Translations under genes and position numbers: made by a program
Shown here: positions 48,093 through 61,500 of the stretch, piece by piece
How the letters are laid out: every line of letters starts with the position of its first letter
Numbering within the stretch: the stretch's first letter is position 1
Origin: Epithemia pelagica
Lineage: Eukaryota; Protista; Bacillariophyta
Direction: 5' to 3'
DNA length: 64,000 nt
Assembly (NCBI GenBank): GCA_946965045.2
Contig: OX337239.1
Location: 2,790,001 to 2,854,000 of the forward strand
The notes under the pieces: generated by a model
Told to the model about the DNA's origin: nothing
The model's database searches: none
What the model saw: only the letters and a program-made list of their open reading frames with translations

Positions 48093-50060
48093 TGTTCCAT
48101 TTTATGCGAACCTAATAAATTCGGAAAGATCTCAACCTGGATTGTGGGTGTATATGGCAAAGTCATGGAACACTCATTCTCTTTTGGAACTTGGAGTTTG
48201 TTTGAGTGCACAACATGGTCACAAAAGTTTGACAAACAACACAGGATTTTGATTGTCTCAGTGACAAAGCATGGACCAGAAATATAGGAAGGTGAAAAGG
48301 AGGCAAAGAAAGTGTCTTGGTGATGGGACCAGAGAGTGGGAAAGTTACTGAGTACTATCAAGTGGTGAAGTCCCATCAAATGTTGATCTTGATGTTGCCC
48401 TCATAGCCTACATGAACAACAAGAACAACATGGCACTGACGATGAGGAGAAACTTGGTTCAATTGTTTTGTTGAATTGCAAGTTAAGGATAAACACTCAA
48501 CCATTGTTGCTGTCACTACTTCATTGTAAAAGGTCACTCAGTCTAAGAAACTGACGATTCTTTGAAAACAAAGGATCTGCACAACTGTATGTAGTCTTTG
48601 GTGTCCCTCGGATGACAACAAAGGCTATCCACAACCCTGTCCTCTTGAAAAAGCCGTCACTTTAGGAGGCGCTTTGTCTGCATTCCCTGTTGTCGGGTCA
48701 CTGCTTTCTTGTATCTCCTCCTAATGATTGGAGAATAGATCACTGGTTTGCTGTATCTACATGGCATCACTGACATGCCATTTGAGGCCTTGACGCCCTC
48801 ACATTGGTATGGCTCTATTGGCCTTTATTACGGCCACACCGCCAATGATTCTGCCCATCACCTTTGCCTTCAGGCGGCACCCGATCTTAATTGGTATAAG
48901 CTGTGGAGTCCACATTAACATTGACATGAGAAGGAGAAACAAATCAGTACATCTTCAGATGCTTTAACAACTCCCATACCAACAAAGTAGTGCTGGGAAC
49001 CATTGCCAAGTACACAAAAAGAGTTTGTGTTATTTTCAAGTAGCAGAAAAACCTAGTCATTACTGCTTTGGGTATTAGGGTGATAGACAGGTGTGGAATC
49101 ACCTGCTGCTGCCTTGCTTGTGATCACCTGCTACTGCAAGCATTTCTGTTGGGTCTGTTAAACTTGGAGATGCCATGTTCAGGGATTCTGGATTCCAACT
49201 AGTCATCATCAATTCCAAAATGAAGAATTGTCTTAGTATTGTTACAATGCTTCCATCATTTTCTGGCTATCACAGTCATCTTTATGAATTTTGATTCCAA
49301 ATATCATTGCCATCTAGCTTGTTAAATATATCTTTGATCTCAAAAAGGAATGGACTGCACAACCTATAGGTGAAGCCACTCCAACTTTGAATGGGCCTGC
49401 CGGTGAAGGGACTCCTTGTTCAAATGGTAGGACACCAACCTCCAATGATAATGGTTAGAGTTGAATGGGCCTGCGGGTGAAGGGACTCCTAGTTCAAATG
49501 GTAGGACACCAACCTCCAATGATAATGGTTGGAAGACACGATCAGTTGGGGAAAGGACAAGTCAAATGGTAGGACACCAACCTCCAATGACAATGGTTTG
49601 GAGGTTGGTTGGAAGACATGATCAGTTGGGGAAAGGACAAGGCCGCCTTGTTCTGATTATATGAACACAGGAACGATACAAGAGTGAAAAAATCCAACCC
49701 CCCCATGCTCATGACAATGAGCAATCACCAACTTCTGCGGTGGGTCTTTTGACACAAAATTTGACGATGAACACTCCTGCATTGGGACATATTGAGGAAT
49801 GTGATACAAATACTGCCATTTCTCGAGTTGTTGGAGGAGTACCTGTCGGATCACCCCAATCCCAACCATCACTGAATGATGGGCTACCTGTTGATTCATC
49901 ACAAGTATCACAAAATAGCGCTATGGTTCTTCGACATTTCTCAAATGTGAATAGGCCTTATTCATCAAATGTCAATGGAAGACACAGATATTGGAGTCCA
50001 CGAAGCCATGGTTAATCCTAACAAGGAAGGTACTGGAGTCCTGATCATACTCCAAGTATA

Positions 50061-50432
50061 ATGTGCATGCTTTTTTTGGCAGGATGTATTCCTGTCATTT
50101 TATCATATGATTTTGTCTGGCCTTTCACCAAATCATTTGATGCACATTTGGATTGGGACCCCGATGATTTCTCCATTACCTTAAATGCTTCGGATTACAA
50201 TGAACCTCTACTCAATCAAACGACCTGTCAACCCTTCAATGCAAAAAAACCAAGCTTACAAGCCTTATTGGAAACCATTCCATCGTCAGAGATCCAACCT
50301 TTATGTCAAGGTGTGAGAAAGGCTGCGAATGTGTATAGTTGGTATGAATTTTCACCAGACTTGCCAAAATTCTTGGCTACTCTGAAAACTACAGACTCTG
50401 AAAAGATCACTTCTTCAACCCAATCTAGGTAG
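50061..50432 (+). pseudogene. Exostosin/GT47-family C-terminal fragment
   Basis: LAGCIPVILSYDFVWPF...LDWDPDDFSI matches the GT47 GCIPV...PF...W motif. Confidence 0.55.
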
Positions 50433-51579
50433 TCTAGAGTGTTTGATCCATCATGAGTCATGAGTCATGAGGAGTTACAGATCCCCAACATATATATACC
50501 ATCTTTAGGAATCAAGCTTAGATCCCAACCCCATGTCACAGAGAAACCACTGACCTCTTTTTTAAAAAACAATATAATAACCAAGAAACACTTTTAACAG
50601 TTAAACAAGGAAGAGGCAATGAAAACAGTGACAGCAGCGGCCAATGACAAGGAAGAGGCAATGAAAACAGTGACAGCAGTGGCTATATTCAGTGGTTGTA
50701 TCATCGTATCATCTTGGCCAAGATGGCAGTGGTACTCTACGTCAGCACCATGCCAAGTATCCTTGAGGGCACCATGGATACTATGTCACTGCCAGACCAG
50801 AACAATAAAACAAACAAAAAAACGTACCAATCCCCTGGAAAATCTTGCTGAATCACACCAGAACAATAAGCATATTTTGCTCCCTTCCACTGCAGTGATT
50901 TTGGGGATCCCTTGCCCGATAGCATTATTCCGTTGACGAAGTTCACTTCAGAATATGACATGAGAAATTCAGGCAAATGACTTGACCTGCCCGATAGCAT
51001 TATTCCGTTGACGAAGTTCACTTCAGAATATGACATGAGAAATTCAGGCAAATGACTTGACCCTAACTATATGAACCAAGCCTTCTTTATCCGGGCAGCT
51101 GTCGGGGAACATGAAGAAATTGTTGATTTTCATGTGGGTTCAGGGCCAGAGAGGGGTTCTGGGCCAGTGTGCAGTTCATTTTTGTCCGAGTCATCAGAGA
51201 ACATGTTTTGGTGTGCCAAGTCCCAAAATTTATTGACAACAATTGACAACATTGGTGTTTTGATTGGACAGTTTGATGGCTATCCTAAATAGTGGCGGCC
51301 AGTAATCTCTCCAGGACTAATAAAATTGGGATAATGAGACAAAAAACTGGTGATGTTGTGGTTTGGATCTGTCGTGGTTTGGATCCAAATATGATGTGTT
51401 GTGGTTTGGATCCAAATAAGATAAAACCTTATTGAATCAGAATCAGATTCGGTATGCAGGACATACGGTGAAATATGATCATATACTCCAGGAAGAAGAT
51501 GGGTTTATATATGGGGAGATGATATCTTCATTCCATTTAAAGCCCGTGGAACGACTGTCTAACCAAGTCATCAAGAGAT

Positions 51580-52020
51580 TGAGAACTTGCCCCACATGGT
51601 CATGACACGACAGGGGGAATGGGATCCATCACACGACAGGGGGAATGGGATCTCAAATCCCAAGTCCGTGGACCTCTCGAGCGGAAATTGGGTTAGTATG
51701 GAGTGTAAGGAGGCATTATCAGAAAGCACAGTGGAAAGCAGGTTAGTATTGAGTGTATTTGATCCATGTATTTGATCCCGATAGACTCAGTTGCACAGTT
51801 ACTACGATTCGACAAGTGGAAATGGATCCACATTCTAATGTGTTGGCTGAGGCACTCAGTCGCAAGTGGAAGGTTGGACTCAAGACTGTCCAAGAGACTG
51901 TCCGAGAGACTGTCGGAGTAACCACTCACCAGGGAATCCTTACGGTGGTTGCACCAATCAACACCATCATCGGGTAGACAATCTAGCCTTACATCAGAAT
52001 ATGCATCCATATGGACACGC
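51580..52020 (+). pseudogene. Old CoDi-like pol relic (pre-integrase region)
   Basis: PHMVMTRQGEWDPS; LSRKWKVGLKTV...TTHQGIL. Confidence 0.65.
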
Positions 52021-52039
52021 TCACATCATGTTTATCTCT

Positions 52040-52600
52040 TGGTAAGGTGGTAGAGGCATCTTGTCATCGATAAGGAGCTTGAAAGCAACTCTTACTGCCT
52101 CAATCTTCTTCTCTATTGCCAGTCATTGCCATTCTTGTGGTCAAGTTCCTTGGCTTCAGCAATGGTCTTTGGAACCTTAATATTGAACTTATGAGTCCTT
52201 TTGTGGTATTGAAAGTTCTACGGAGGAACTTCTTTACCCAACAATTAAATGCTGGCTAAGAGTAGTATTTAGCCACTTCAATTGGGTGGGTTTGATTCCT
52301 TGAGTCCAGCTATCCCCTCCCAATATGGTACTGTCTTTCCAATTACAGCACGATTCCCATCCTTTCGTCGTCTTTAATTGATGTTGACACAGGACCCTCG
52401 AATGTGCAGTGGTCCACAATGCAATCCAACAAAACACAGCACGATTCCCATCCTTTCGTTGTCTTTAATTGATGTTGACACAGGACCCTCAAATGTGCAG
52501 TGGTCCACAATGCAATCCAACAAAACAGTCAGGTGCATCTTGGACATGGCTTGAAAAGCAGACCCAAAAGAATGTTGTCCATGCAATAGATTGTAGAGTT
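52040..52600 (-). pseudogene. Old CoDi-like pol relic (post-integrase region)
   Basis: TTKGWESCCNWKD; HKFNIKVPKTIAEAKELD. Confidence 0.7.
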
Positions 52601-54184
52601 GTATCAAGCATCCCCACTGTATATGCATAATATCTTGTAATCTAGTCCCCTGATAGCAATCTAGTTTAATCTTGTTCTTGATTGTATATATGGCATTGAT
52701 TGAGTCCTTTGATATCGTGTTGTCTAGTCTCCTGATTTCAATCTAGTTTCTTGATTGTATATATGGCATTGATTGAGGCCTTTGTTACATCCAACAAAAA
52801 TGTCTCCATCCACTAGAAAATATTTCTGCTCTTGGTTCTTTTAGATTCATTTTCAAGAAAAGTTCTCAGTGAATTTGTGAAGCCAGTAAGGGACTCTTTG
52901 GATGCCTGAGTTGCTTGCTCCAGGTAATCTAATTTCAATTTCTACAGATTGATTGTTGACTTTTTCAACCTGCTATCCAATGTGGTTGTTATTGTGGTCT
53001 TGTTGATGCGTGTTGGTTTGCTGGTTTGCTTTGGGAAAGACTGTATCATGTGTGTTTGTTCGATGATTTGCTTTGGGAAAGACTGTATCATTGGGTTTGC
53101 TGGTTTGCTTTGGGAAAGACTGTATCATTGTTCCTGAAGGCGGGGGGGGGACAAGAAATAACACAAGTGGAACAGTTGTTTGAAACTCCTTGGATGACAG
53201 TGCTTGTTGCTCTGCTTTTCCACAGTTTGCAGATTGCTCTGTTACTGGTGTCATAATTTATGAATCACATGTGGTATGAAAATGTTTGTTCCATCTTCTA
53301 GAAATCAAACATTTGTTCAGATAGGATAAGATCCATCACTAAATGTATCACTTAGTATTACCAAGAAAGCTGTTAATTCCACTGGCCAGGCTGCATTTGA
53401 TTCCATGATTGTCAAGTTTTATTCCACAGTTATGAAGTGATTTAGATTTGCTTTTATGTATGAACCTGATATTCAATGTACCCTTTTATGTTTGCTCTAG
53501 GAAAGATTTAGTCAATCTTCTTCATAAACTTGTTAAGAACATTGCAAAGAAATCAAGGGTAATGCTGTAAGAAAAAGCTCATCATGTTGTAAACCCCAAC
53601 TGGATAGATTGCTGATGGGAAGCCAGTATCAACAAAAAGCTTATCTGTTCCTTACCCTGGTATTGTGATTCCATGATGGTCAATTTATATACACTGTTCT
53701 TGAAATAATGATGGCATCCCAAACACATTGTGCCATTGCTGTTGTATTTGACACCAACAATAATGAGCGAAACCAAAAGATAGACACAAGATACACACAC
53801 AAGACAAAAACACCAACCTTGATCATATTATCAATATGTTTGGGATACTTTCATCCATGTTGCTTCCATGTTGAACCTGATATCTGTCATTATTTCATCA
53901 ATATCTTGGTGTAAGCACAATATTCAGAATTTAACTTCATTCTGATGATTGTACCACTAGTGGAGAATAAATGGATGAACAAATTGTGTTCATGAATTGT
54001 TTATTCAAGTATCTGTGTCTTCCAGTTCTAGAAGGTGATGTTTTTCTTATAATACCTCTTTCTTTTGGGATGCATACTTGTGTTCTGTCTCCAACAACCT
54101 CAAGCTCAAATAAGAAAGGTTCTCTGAGATATTCCAACATGCACACTTGTGATGTAAAGTCTACAGCAGCTGGGGCTGATAAAC

Positions 54185-54337
54185 TGAATAAAAACTTATG
54201 GTCAGACGCAAAATACGGCTTGCAACAATCAAACCATCAGAAATTATGGCAATTAAACTAGGGGGTGTCCCATAGGGGGGATCGCTTACGGAGGGGCCAA
54301 AAAAGCCAGCTCCGGGCCAAATAGCGAGGGCCCATCG
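54185..54337 (-). repeat. LTR family A copy with PPT (54338-54348) upstream and a PBS-like sequence (54170-54184) downstream
   Basis: Aligns to 28592-28745; flanks TAAATAAAAGG and GTTTATCAGCCCCAG. Confidence 0.85.
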
Positions 54338-54345
54338 CCTTTTAT

Positions 54346-55840
54346 TTACTCAGAGTCGAGAAACAGTGTCCTATCCCAAAACATATCTACTGTCGCTCCC
54401 GAATCAGGGCATATGAAAGACCACTCAGGATTGCAACCGGGACGCAGCCGATGTCGACAGGCCACTTCAAACGAAGGATCGACAAACTCAGAGTCGATTA
54501 GTTCTTCTTTTAATAAGACGTTGTCATCACTACTTCTGAAGTTCAAGAATGGGTCCACAGAGTCACTGTCGTCATCGAGAGATGTGGTCTCTGACCAGTC
54601 ATCCTCTAGATCATCCGGTGCGCTCTGGTTGACACGAACAGAGGAAGTGTGAGGTACGTCGTAAGAAAGTCTTGAGGGCCCCATCAATACACACTTACGC
54701 CTTTCCCAAGATGTGGCACATAATACAGTTGTAATCTTTTTGCTGTTGATGAGCATCCTCCACACTGAGACAAGCTCTACAGTGGTGTAGCCATTGTCTT
54801 TGCCTTCTTCCGGTGCACTACTCCGTTGGGCCTTGATCGTTCCACTGTGTTTTCCATCTACCACTTCCATTGTAGATTGAGACTTGTAACAGTTCTCCCT
54901 GAATTCCTGGTGCATGGCAATGAAGAGATCCTGGGTCGACATGTTGAACAAGTCGAGACGGTGCATTTAAAATCTTCCTCCAAGGTCCGCATGGCATGGC
55001 CATACGGTCCCTTTACCACCAGATAAGAGAACCTGACACAAAATTGAAGGTCCGTGATGCTGTACTACTTGTGTGTCTCCAACCGTGCTCGTTCCTCCTT
55101 GGCGCGTCGGTAGAAGGTGGTTAAATCCTCCTTGTTGCGATGGGTGAGGTGCTTCCAAGTGTCAACGTCATGTAGAAATGAACTTGTCGTGGTGGGGTAT
55201 GCAATCGCTCGTAGCTTCTCGAGCAAACCTATTCCATCCCCATAAGACTTCGAGGTATGTTGGTCCGACAGTACACCGAGAGCCACTGGGTTTCGCTTCA
55301 CCTGGATCGATACTACCAGGTGGTAGTGGAGCTGTTGTGAGATCAAAGTGTCGTGGGCGTTGTTTGGAATGGATTGGTGTCCCGAGATGGTCGAACCGTC
55401 TTGAAGATGCCAGTGAGGCATATGAAGAATATATCTCACAGCCTCGTAGAACTGGTCAAATAGCTCACCCGTGAATGCTGTCGACGGGAATTCCGGGAAC
55501 CCTTTTTGCTCGCGGCAGAGTTTCGCTTCTGGGGTCTCGGTACTCACTAATCCGGAATGATGAGAACTGGGACTGGAAGGATTGGAACCACCCCCCTGGC
55601 CGACGACATCAGCAGGAGAACATGAGTTAGAGGAGTAGTGAGGCGCATCCGGATCCGGTCGAGAAGGATGATAGGATGCCGATGGTCGAGCGGCGGAAGT
55701 CGATTCCCCGTTACCCGAGGCACGTAAACGCGGTCGGTAGGATCCGCTTGGTTGATCACAGTAGATGAGACTTCTAGGTGGGACTCCTCATTCGATGCCA
55801 TAATTGGGGGATGTAAATTGATTTGCCATACAGTGGACAT
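54346..55840 (-). pseudogene. Copia gag-protease fragment of a different lineage, fused to LTR-A
   Basis: Gag-like GDGIGLLEKLRA...; protease ICPDSGATVDMF; cut at the PPT. Confidence 0.65.
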
Positions 55841-57851
55841 TTTTGTAATCGTTGCATCCCTTACAATCCTAGGACGTTATTCCAATCCTATGGTGGGCCC
55901 TTACAATCCTAGGACGTCATTCCAATTCTATGGTGGGTGAGCGGACTCTCTCTTTCGATGATAGTAAATATCATGTTCCTGGAATGTGCTCATTGTGTAC
56001 CACAGAACTATTCTGCAACTCTCTCTTTTGATGATAGTAAATATCATGTTCCTGGAATGTGCTCATTGTGTACCATAGAACTATTCTGCGACAACTTTGC
56101 AAACTTTTACACCTTTGACCAATCCATGATTGCAGGACATACAATGAATCTTCTTGAATCCGTGGATAGCATGGTTAAGATTCTGGCAGATGGACCATTG
56201 TCGGTTGGTTCAAAGGGTGATAAAAAGATGCATCTTCTGAGGAAATGGCTTAATGGTTGCCACTGATGAGGTTGTCATGGCTCGCTGGGCGGCCTTCCCA
56301 GACCCGTCTGCCAGTTACTTTCTCTGCCCCTGTCCTTTCGGTATCTGGATTCTTTTGCTGCTCAACGGCAGTTTAGCCTTCAGGCGGCACGCAGACACTC
56401 TCGCTACCCACCATTGGCAGTACAACGACGCTTGTTTCGCTGGTTCTTTTGACCCTCCATATAATCCATGGTGTGGGGGGCATTTTCTGCCTTTCTTCTT
56501 TGTTCTCTTGTGGACTCACTGTGGTTTCTTTCATTCTTCTTTACATATTTGATCTTTGCATGTGTCGACTACAGCCTTGGAATGGATTCTGTCCAAGTGT
56601 GACTGAGCGACTTTAAAGCCCCTGGCAGTCTAGACTTAAGACTAATCATTGAGTTAGATAGCACTGAAAGTTCCCTTGTCTTAAACAACAACAACCAAGA
56701 TTTTGTTTCTGTGGTATTTTGGAGATGATCGTGACATGGATATATTCTTAGCCTCTTCATACAACATATTTAATAGGTCAGCTTAGAAGAGTTCGAGCAT
56801 AGTTTTGGAGTCATCAGTCCATCACAGCAGCAGATTCAAACATTTTGATTAAACAACACATCTTGAACCTTGCCTGAGAAATCCACCAACCCAGTTCCTG
56901 TGGAATGTCCCCATCACAGCAGCAGATTCAAATGTCTTGATTATACAACACATCTTGAACCTTGCCTGAGAAATCCACTAACCCAGCTCCTGTGGAATGT
57001 CCACTTGTCAGGTCATGGGCTGTAAACCTCTGGTTATGATGGCAGCTGTCTGTACTTCTATCCACCATTCAGGTGGATATCACCCAACAAGGGTATTCCT
57101 TCAAACTTATTTGAAGACTGGTGATCGTCCTGATCCCAAGGCCAAGGTAAAATATACATATCAGCATAATGGTCATGTAGTTCAATAAGCAATTTTGTTC
57201 ATGTATGTTCATGACCTGCTGAAAAACATTGGATGGGTCAAACACAATGGCTCCATTACTTACCAAATGCTGGAGTAGAATGGAAGATCCTTCTGTCGTA
57301 AATTCTAACCATGATTCTTCTTGCTCTTCTTCTTGTTGCTGATGTTGAGCAGCTCTGGATCTGTGCAATCATTTCCAGCTGAGAATCCTTACCAATCCAG
57401 CCCACCAAGATTAGTATTGCAAGAAGGAGAACATTTTCACCCAAATAGCTTTTAGACTTGAGACCTTGGGAACTGAAATGGTAGAAGTCCCATATAAAAT
57501 TGTTTTTTATGCACTACTGGTTTCATCATAAGAAGACATTATTTTTGCTTGCCATCATAAGAAGCCATTATTTTTGCTTGCCTTTTCTTTAGTAACAGTC
57601 AACTTGGTTGTATTTTGAGAGATATCGATCACCAAATCCCAATTCTCTTAGCTGGAGAAACAGTCCTCTATTGTCTCCCCATCTTCATGGGCACTCAACA
57701 AGATTTGTTGTGTTGCTTTAAGCAGATACCTTTAGTCTTGAATCTTTGAAAAATAAAATCAAATTAACTGAAAAAGAAAAAAGGTTGTCATGGTATCACT
57801 TCACCCAGGTTGCATTTGATCTGGACCTAGTTTTGTTGTCATATTTCTTTT

Positions 57852-57978
57852 ATTGTTGCAAGCCGTATTTTGCATCTGTCTGACCATCAGTTGCACCAAT
57901 GAAGGAGAAGACATCTCCTACCATCCTACCATGGACTTGAATTTGGACCAGAAAGGGTTGGACAACCTGCACTGATTG
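57852..57978 (+). mobile_element. 127-bp relic of family A: LTR 3' piece joined directly to an RT piece
   Basis: ATTGTTGCAAGCCGTATTTTGCATC...TCAGTT followed by sequence matching APTKEKT...GLEFGPERVGQPALI. Confidence 0.75.
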
Positions 57979-59199
57979 GTCTTAAAAATTTTGCCGCCAG
58001 ATTGTGTGATCACATCACTGCAACACAATCTGCTGACATACACAGAGATCCCATGGAGATGCTTGCCGAGGCTGGCACTATGGTTGACAAGAAAAACACT
58101 CCAAGAAATTACACTATGGTTAACAAGAAAAACACTCCAAGAACTTCTGTTCCAAGAACTCACCACTCCTTGAACCATGATAATAACTGTGTAGATGAGA
58201 GTATGTTTTCATGTTGGTCTATCAGTATGTTTTCATGTTGGTCTATCACAAAGCAGCAGAGACATAGCCCAACAGGTGGGCTCCATGACATACTCTTATC
58301 AATAATATTTTCATAAGATCCCTATCACTAAGCCATGTGACAATACAGAGTTGGCCTTTTGACTGGCTTCAATACCTTTGGAAGTGTTCTTTTCAAGGAA
58401 AGTGTGCTCAAAGTATATTTGCTCATGACAAACAGAAGGGTCTTCCCTGAGATATAATCAACTCTCAGGGGCCATGCACTCCAGAACAAGAAAAGGACAG
58501 TCACTATTCATGGTGGTGACTTTCATTGTGGACCAATTTCATTGTGGGCCAATCTCAGGGGCAATACACTCCAGAACAAGAAAAGGACAGTCACTATTCA
58601 TGGTGATGACTTTCATTGTGGGCCAATCTATTTTTATGGGGATGTTTGATACAAAACTGATTGAGACCATGTCTACTTCACTTGAACGACAGATCAAATA
58701 TTTTTACTTGAAGGCTTTGGACTTATTTTTGATGCATTTGGAGCCTCTTGGTGTCAATCTGTTGACCCATTCGAACGTACTTTCCAATCTAGACAGTGCT
58801 GTGGTCAATACAGTTAGTATCAATCATGGAGGGGATGTCCGTATGACAAAAGACTAGCTGGACTTCAGTGACTTGTCCAAATGCTACAAAGGGCTTAATA
58901 CACATTCACCTGACTACCCAAACAGATTGCTCAACTATTAGTGGTTGGTAGAAACATCTCTCTTACATGGAAATAAGCACACCGAGTGTCTTTATCACTT
59001 TTCTCAATCATTTTCTGGAGAAACAAAGTGTTAGCAGGAAACTGACTTTACCTGTATGCTCCATGTCAAGAGCAATGGGAAAGTGAAACAAATAGCGATA
59101 CCAATCACACCACAAAACCAACAATCAACCACACTTTTGAGACAGCCCAGATTGACTTGCTGACTGTATTGTGAGGGGGGTGCCTGGAATTCCCGGCTC

Positions 59200-59790
59200 C
59201 AGGCGCGTAAGCGGGGGCACCCCCATCCCCTCAAATGCGCCCCTCTCACACGGATCACGCGCCTCAAGGCGCGTATAGGGCGCGTGGCAAACTGTCAAGC
59301 GCGTGTTGATTAAGAAAGCGCGTGCGGTGCACGTTACGGCGCCTAATTTTACCTAGAGATAGACTTGACATAGTCACACCGCCCACATGGGAACTCACCA
59401 GATGGCACATAGTACACTGGTCGCTCTTATGCCGACAAAGGCGACTGACGATTCTCTCGTCCACCCAATCACGTCACTGTCTGTGACACAAGAAGATACC
59501 CTGGTAGAGAATAAGAGAAAACCACTCAGACATTCCAGGCAGATCCCCCCTTCCAAACTATCCCGAATGCCAGGGGTATTCATTCACAACGAAACACTCA
59601 CAAGAAAAATCAAAACAATCTAGCATGATAAAAAACAATCTTACCACAACCAGAATTGTAGCTCATCGATCTCCCTCCACCCTCCACCCACTTCCACACA
59701 ACGAAACAGCAACAGCAACATCAGCAACAACAAACAACAACCAGGATACCAACAACAACAATACGACAACAACAACACACAATACTGTCA
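59200..59790 (+). repeat. GC-rich leader/end of the gag-like element, copy 2
   Basis: Homologous blocks to 22250-22700 on the minus strand. Confidence 0.7.
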
Positions 59791-59989
59791 GCAAGGCAAT
59801 CTGGGCAGTCTCAAAAGTGTGTTTGATTGGTGGTTTAGTGGTGTGCTCGCTATTTGTTTCGTTATCCCATTGCTCTCGATTCTTCTGTTTTTGGGCTTTG
59901 GTGTGATTGGTGTCGCTGGTGATCTCTCCAAAACTGCCTCTTTATTCTGGAATACATTCAACAAGTCGATTGCCCTGTCTCAAAAAGTG

Positions 59990-61500
59990 TACGTTTGATT
60001 GTTGATTCGACGAGATTGGAGTCACTTTCTATTTTCTTTATTCCCTTTTCCTCATTCTCAATACCCCCTTCTCTTCCAAACAACGCCTTTTCAGACTGTT
60101 CACATCCCCCTTGTTTTCAGACTGTTTACATCGCTTCCGCCAAAAAGGACACCACTAGAAGAAGTGAAATAACTGCAGGAACTCGACTGGGCCTCTGTCA
60201 AGAGTTTGGTTTGATTGTTGTTGATTTGGTGTGGTTACTGTCGCCTTCAATTCGATTGCCCCTTGCCTCATCCCCAAGATCTCACCATTCCAAGTCATTG
60301 CTTGTCACCGCTTCCGCCAAAAAGGACACCACTAGAAGAAGTGGAATGACTGTCAGGAAGTTGATTGGGCCTCTGTCAAGAGTTTGGTTTGGTTGTTGTT
60401 GATTTGGTTTGGTTTCTGTCGCCTTCAATTCGATTGCTCCTAGCCTCATCCCCAAGACCTTCACCATACCAAGTCACTGCCTGCCATCGCTTCTGTATAA
60501 AAGGACACCACTAGAAGAAGTGGAATAACTGTCAGGAAGTTGATTGGGCCTGTGTCAAGATTTTGGTTTATAGTTGATCCAAATACCCCCAAGACATTCT
60601 TCCATCTACACAACGCCGCTTTTGCAGGCTGCTCTATATCGCTTCTCTAAAAAAGGACACCACTAGAAAGTGGAATAACAGTCGGGAAGTTGATTAGATT
60701 GGAGTCACTTTCTATTTTCTTTATTCCCTTTTCCTCATTCTCAATACCCCCTTCTCTTCCAAACAACGCCTTTTCAGACTGTTCACATCCCCCTTGTTTT
60801 CAGACTGTTTACATCGCTTCCGCCAAAAAGGACACCACTAGAAGAAGTGAAATAACTGCAGGAACTCGACTGGGCCTCTGTCAAGAGTTTGGTTTGATTG
60901 TTGTTGATTTGGTGTGGTTACTGTCGCCTTCAATTTGATTGCCCCTTGCCTCATCCCCAAGATCTCACCATTCCAAGTCATTGCTTGTCACCGCTTCCGC
61001 CAAAAAGGACACCACTAGAAGAAGTGGAATGACTGTCAGGAAGTTGATTGGGCCTCTGTCAAGAGTTTGGTTTGGTTGTTGTTGATTTGGTTTGGTTTCT
61101 GTCGCCTTCAATTCGATTGCTCCTAGCCTCATCCCCAAGACCTTCACCATACCAAGTCACTGCCTGCCATCGCTTCTGTATAAAAGGACACCACTAGAAG
61201 AAGTGGAATAACTGTCAGGAAGTTGATTGGGCCTGTGTCAAGATTTTGGTTTATAGTTGATCCAAATACCCCCAAGACATTCTTCCATCTACACAACGCC
61301 GCTTTTGCAGGCTGCTCTATATCGCTTCTCTAAAAAAGGACACCACTAGAAAGTGGAATAACAGTCGGGAAGTTGATTGGACTGCCTCAAAAGTGTGTGG
61401 TTGATTGTTGATTTTGGTGACGATAGCCAACCATCGCTTTTCGTGGTGGTTTCAGATCACTTCAGCAAAACAGGACACCACTAACAATGGAATACAGTCA
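59990..61500. repeat. Tandem array of ~150-180-bp units (9 CCACT...AGTGG-type motifs) with a 683-bp higher-order duplication
   Basis: AAGGACACCACTAGAAGAAGTGG-type motif at ~60152, 60329, 60508, 60660, 60835, 61013, 61191, 61341 and 61477; 60014-60696 is repeated at 60697-61379. Confidence 0.9.

Noticed and set aside
59990-61500. CRISPR-like reading of the palindromic repeat arrays (also 20315-22250)
   Set aside because: The intervening sequences are related to each other and duplicated rather than unique spacers; no cas genes; eukaryotic context.
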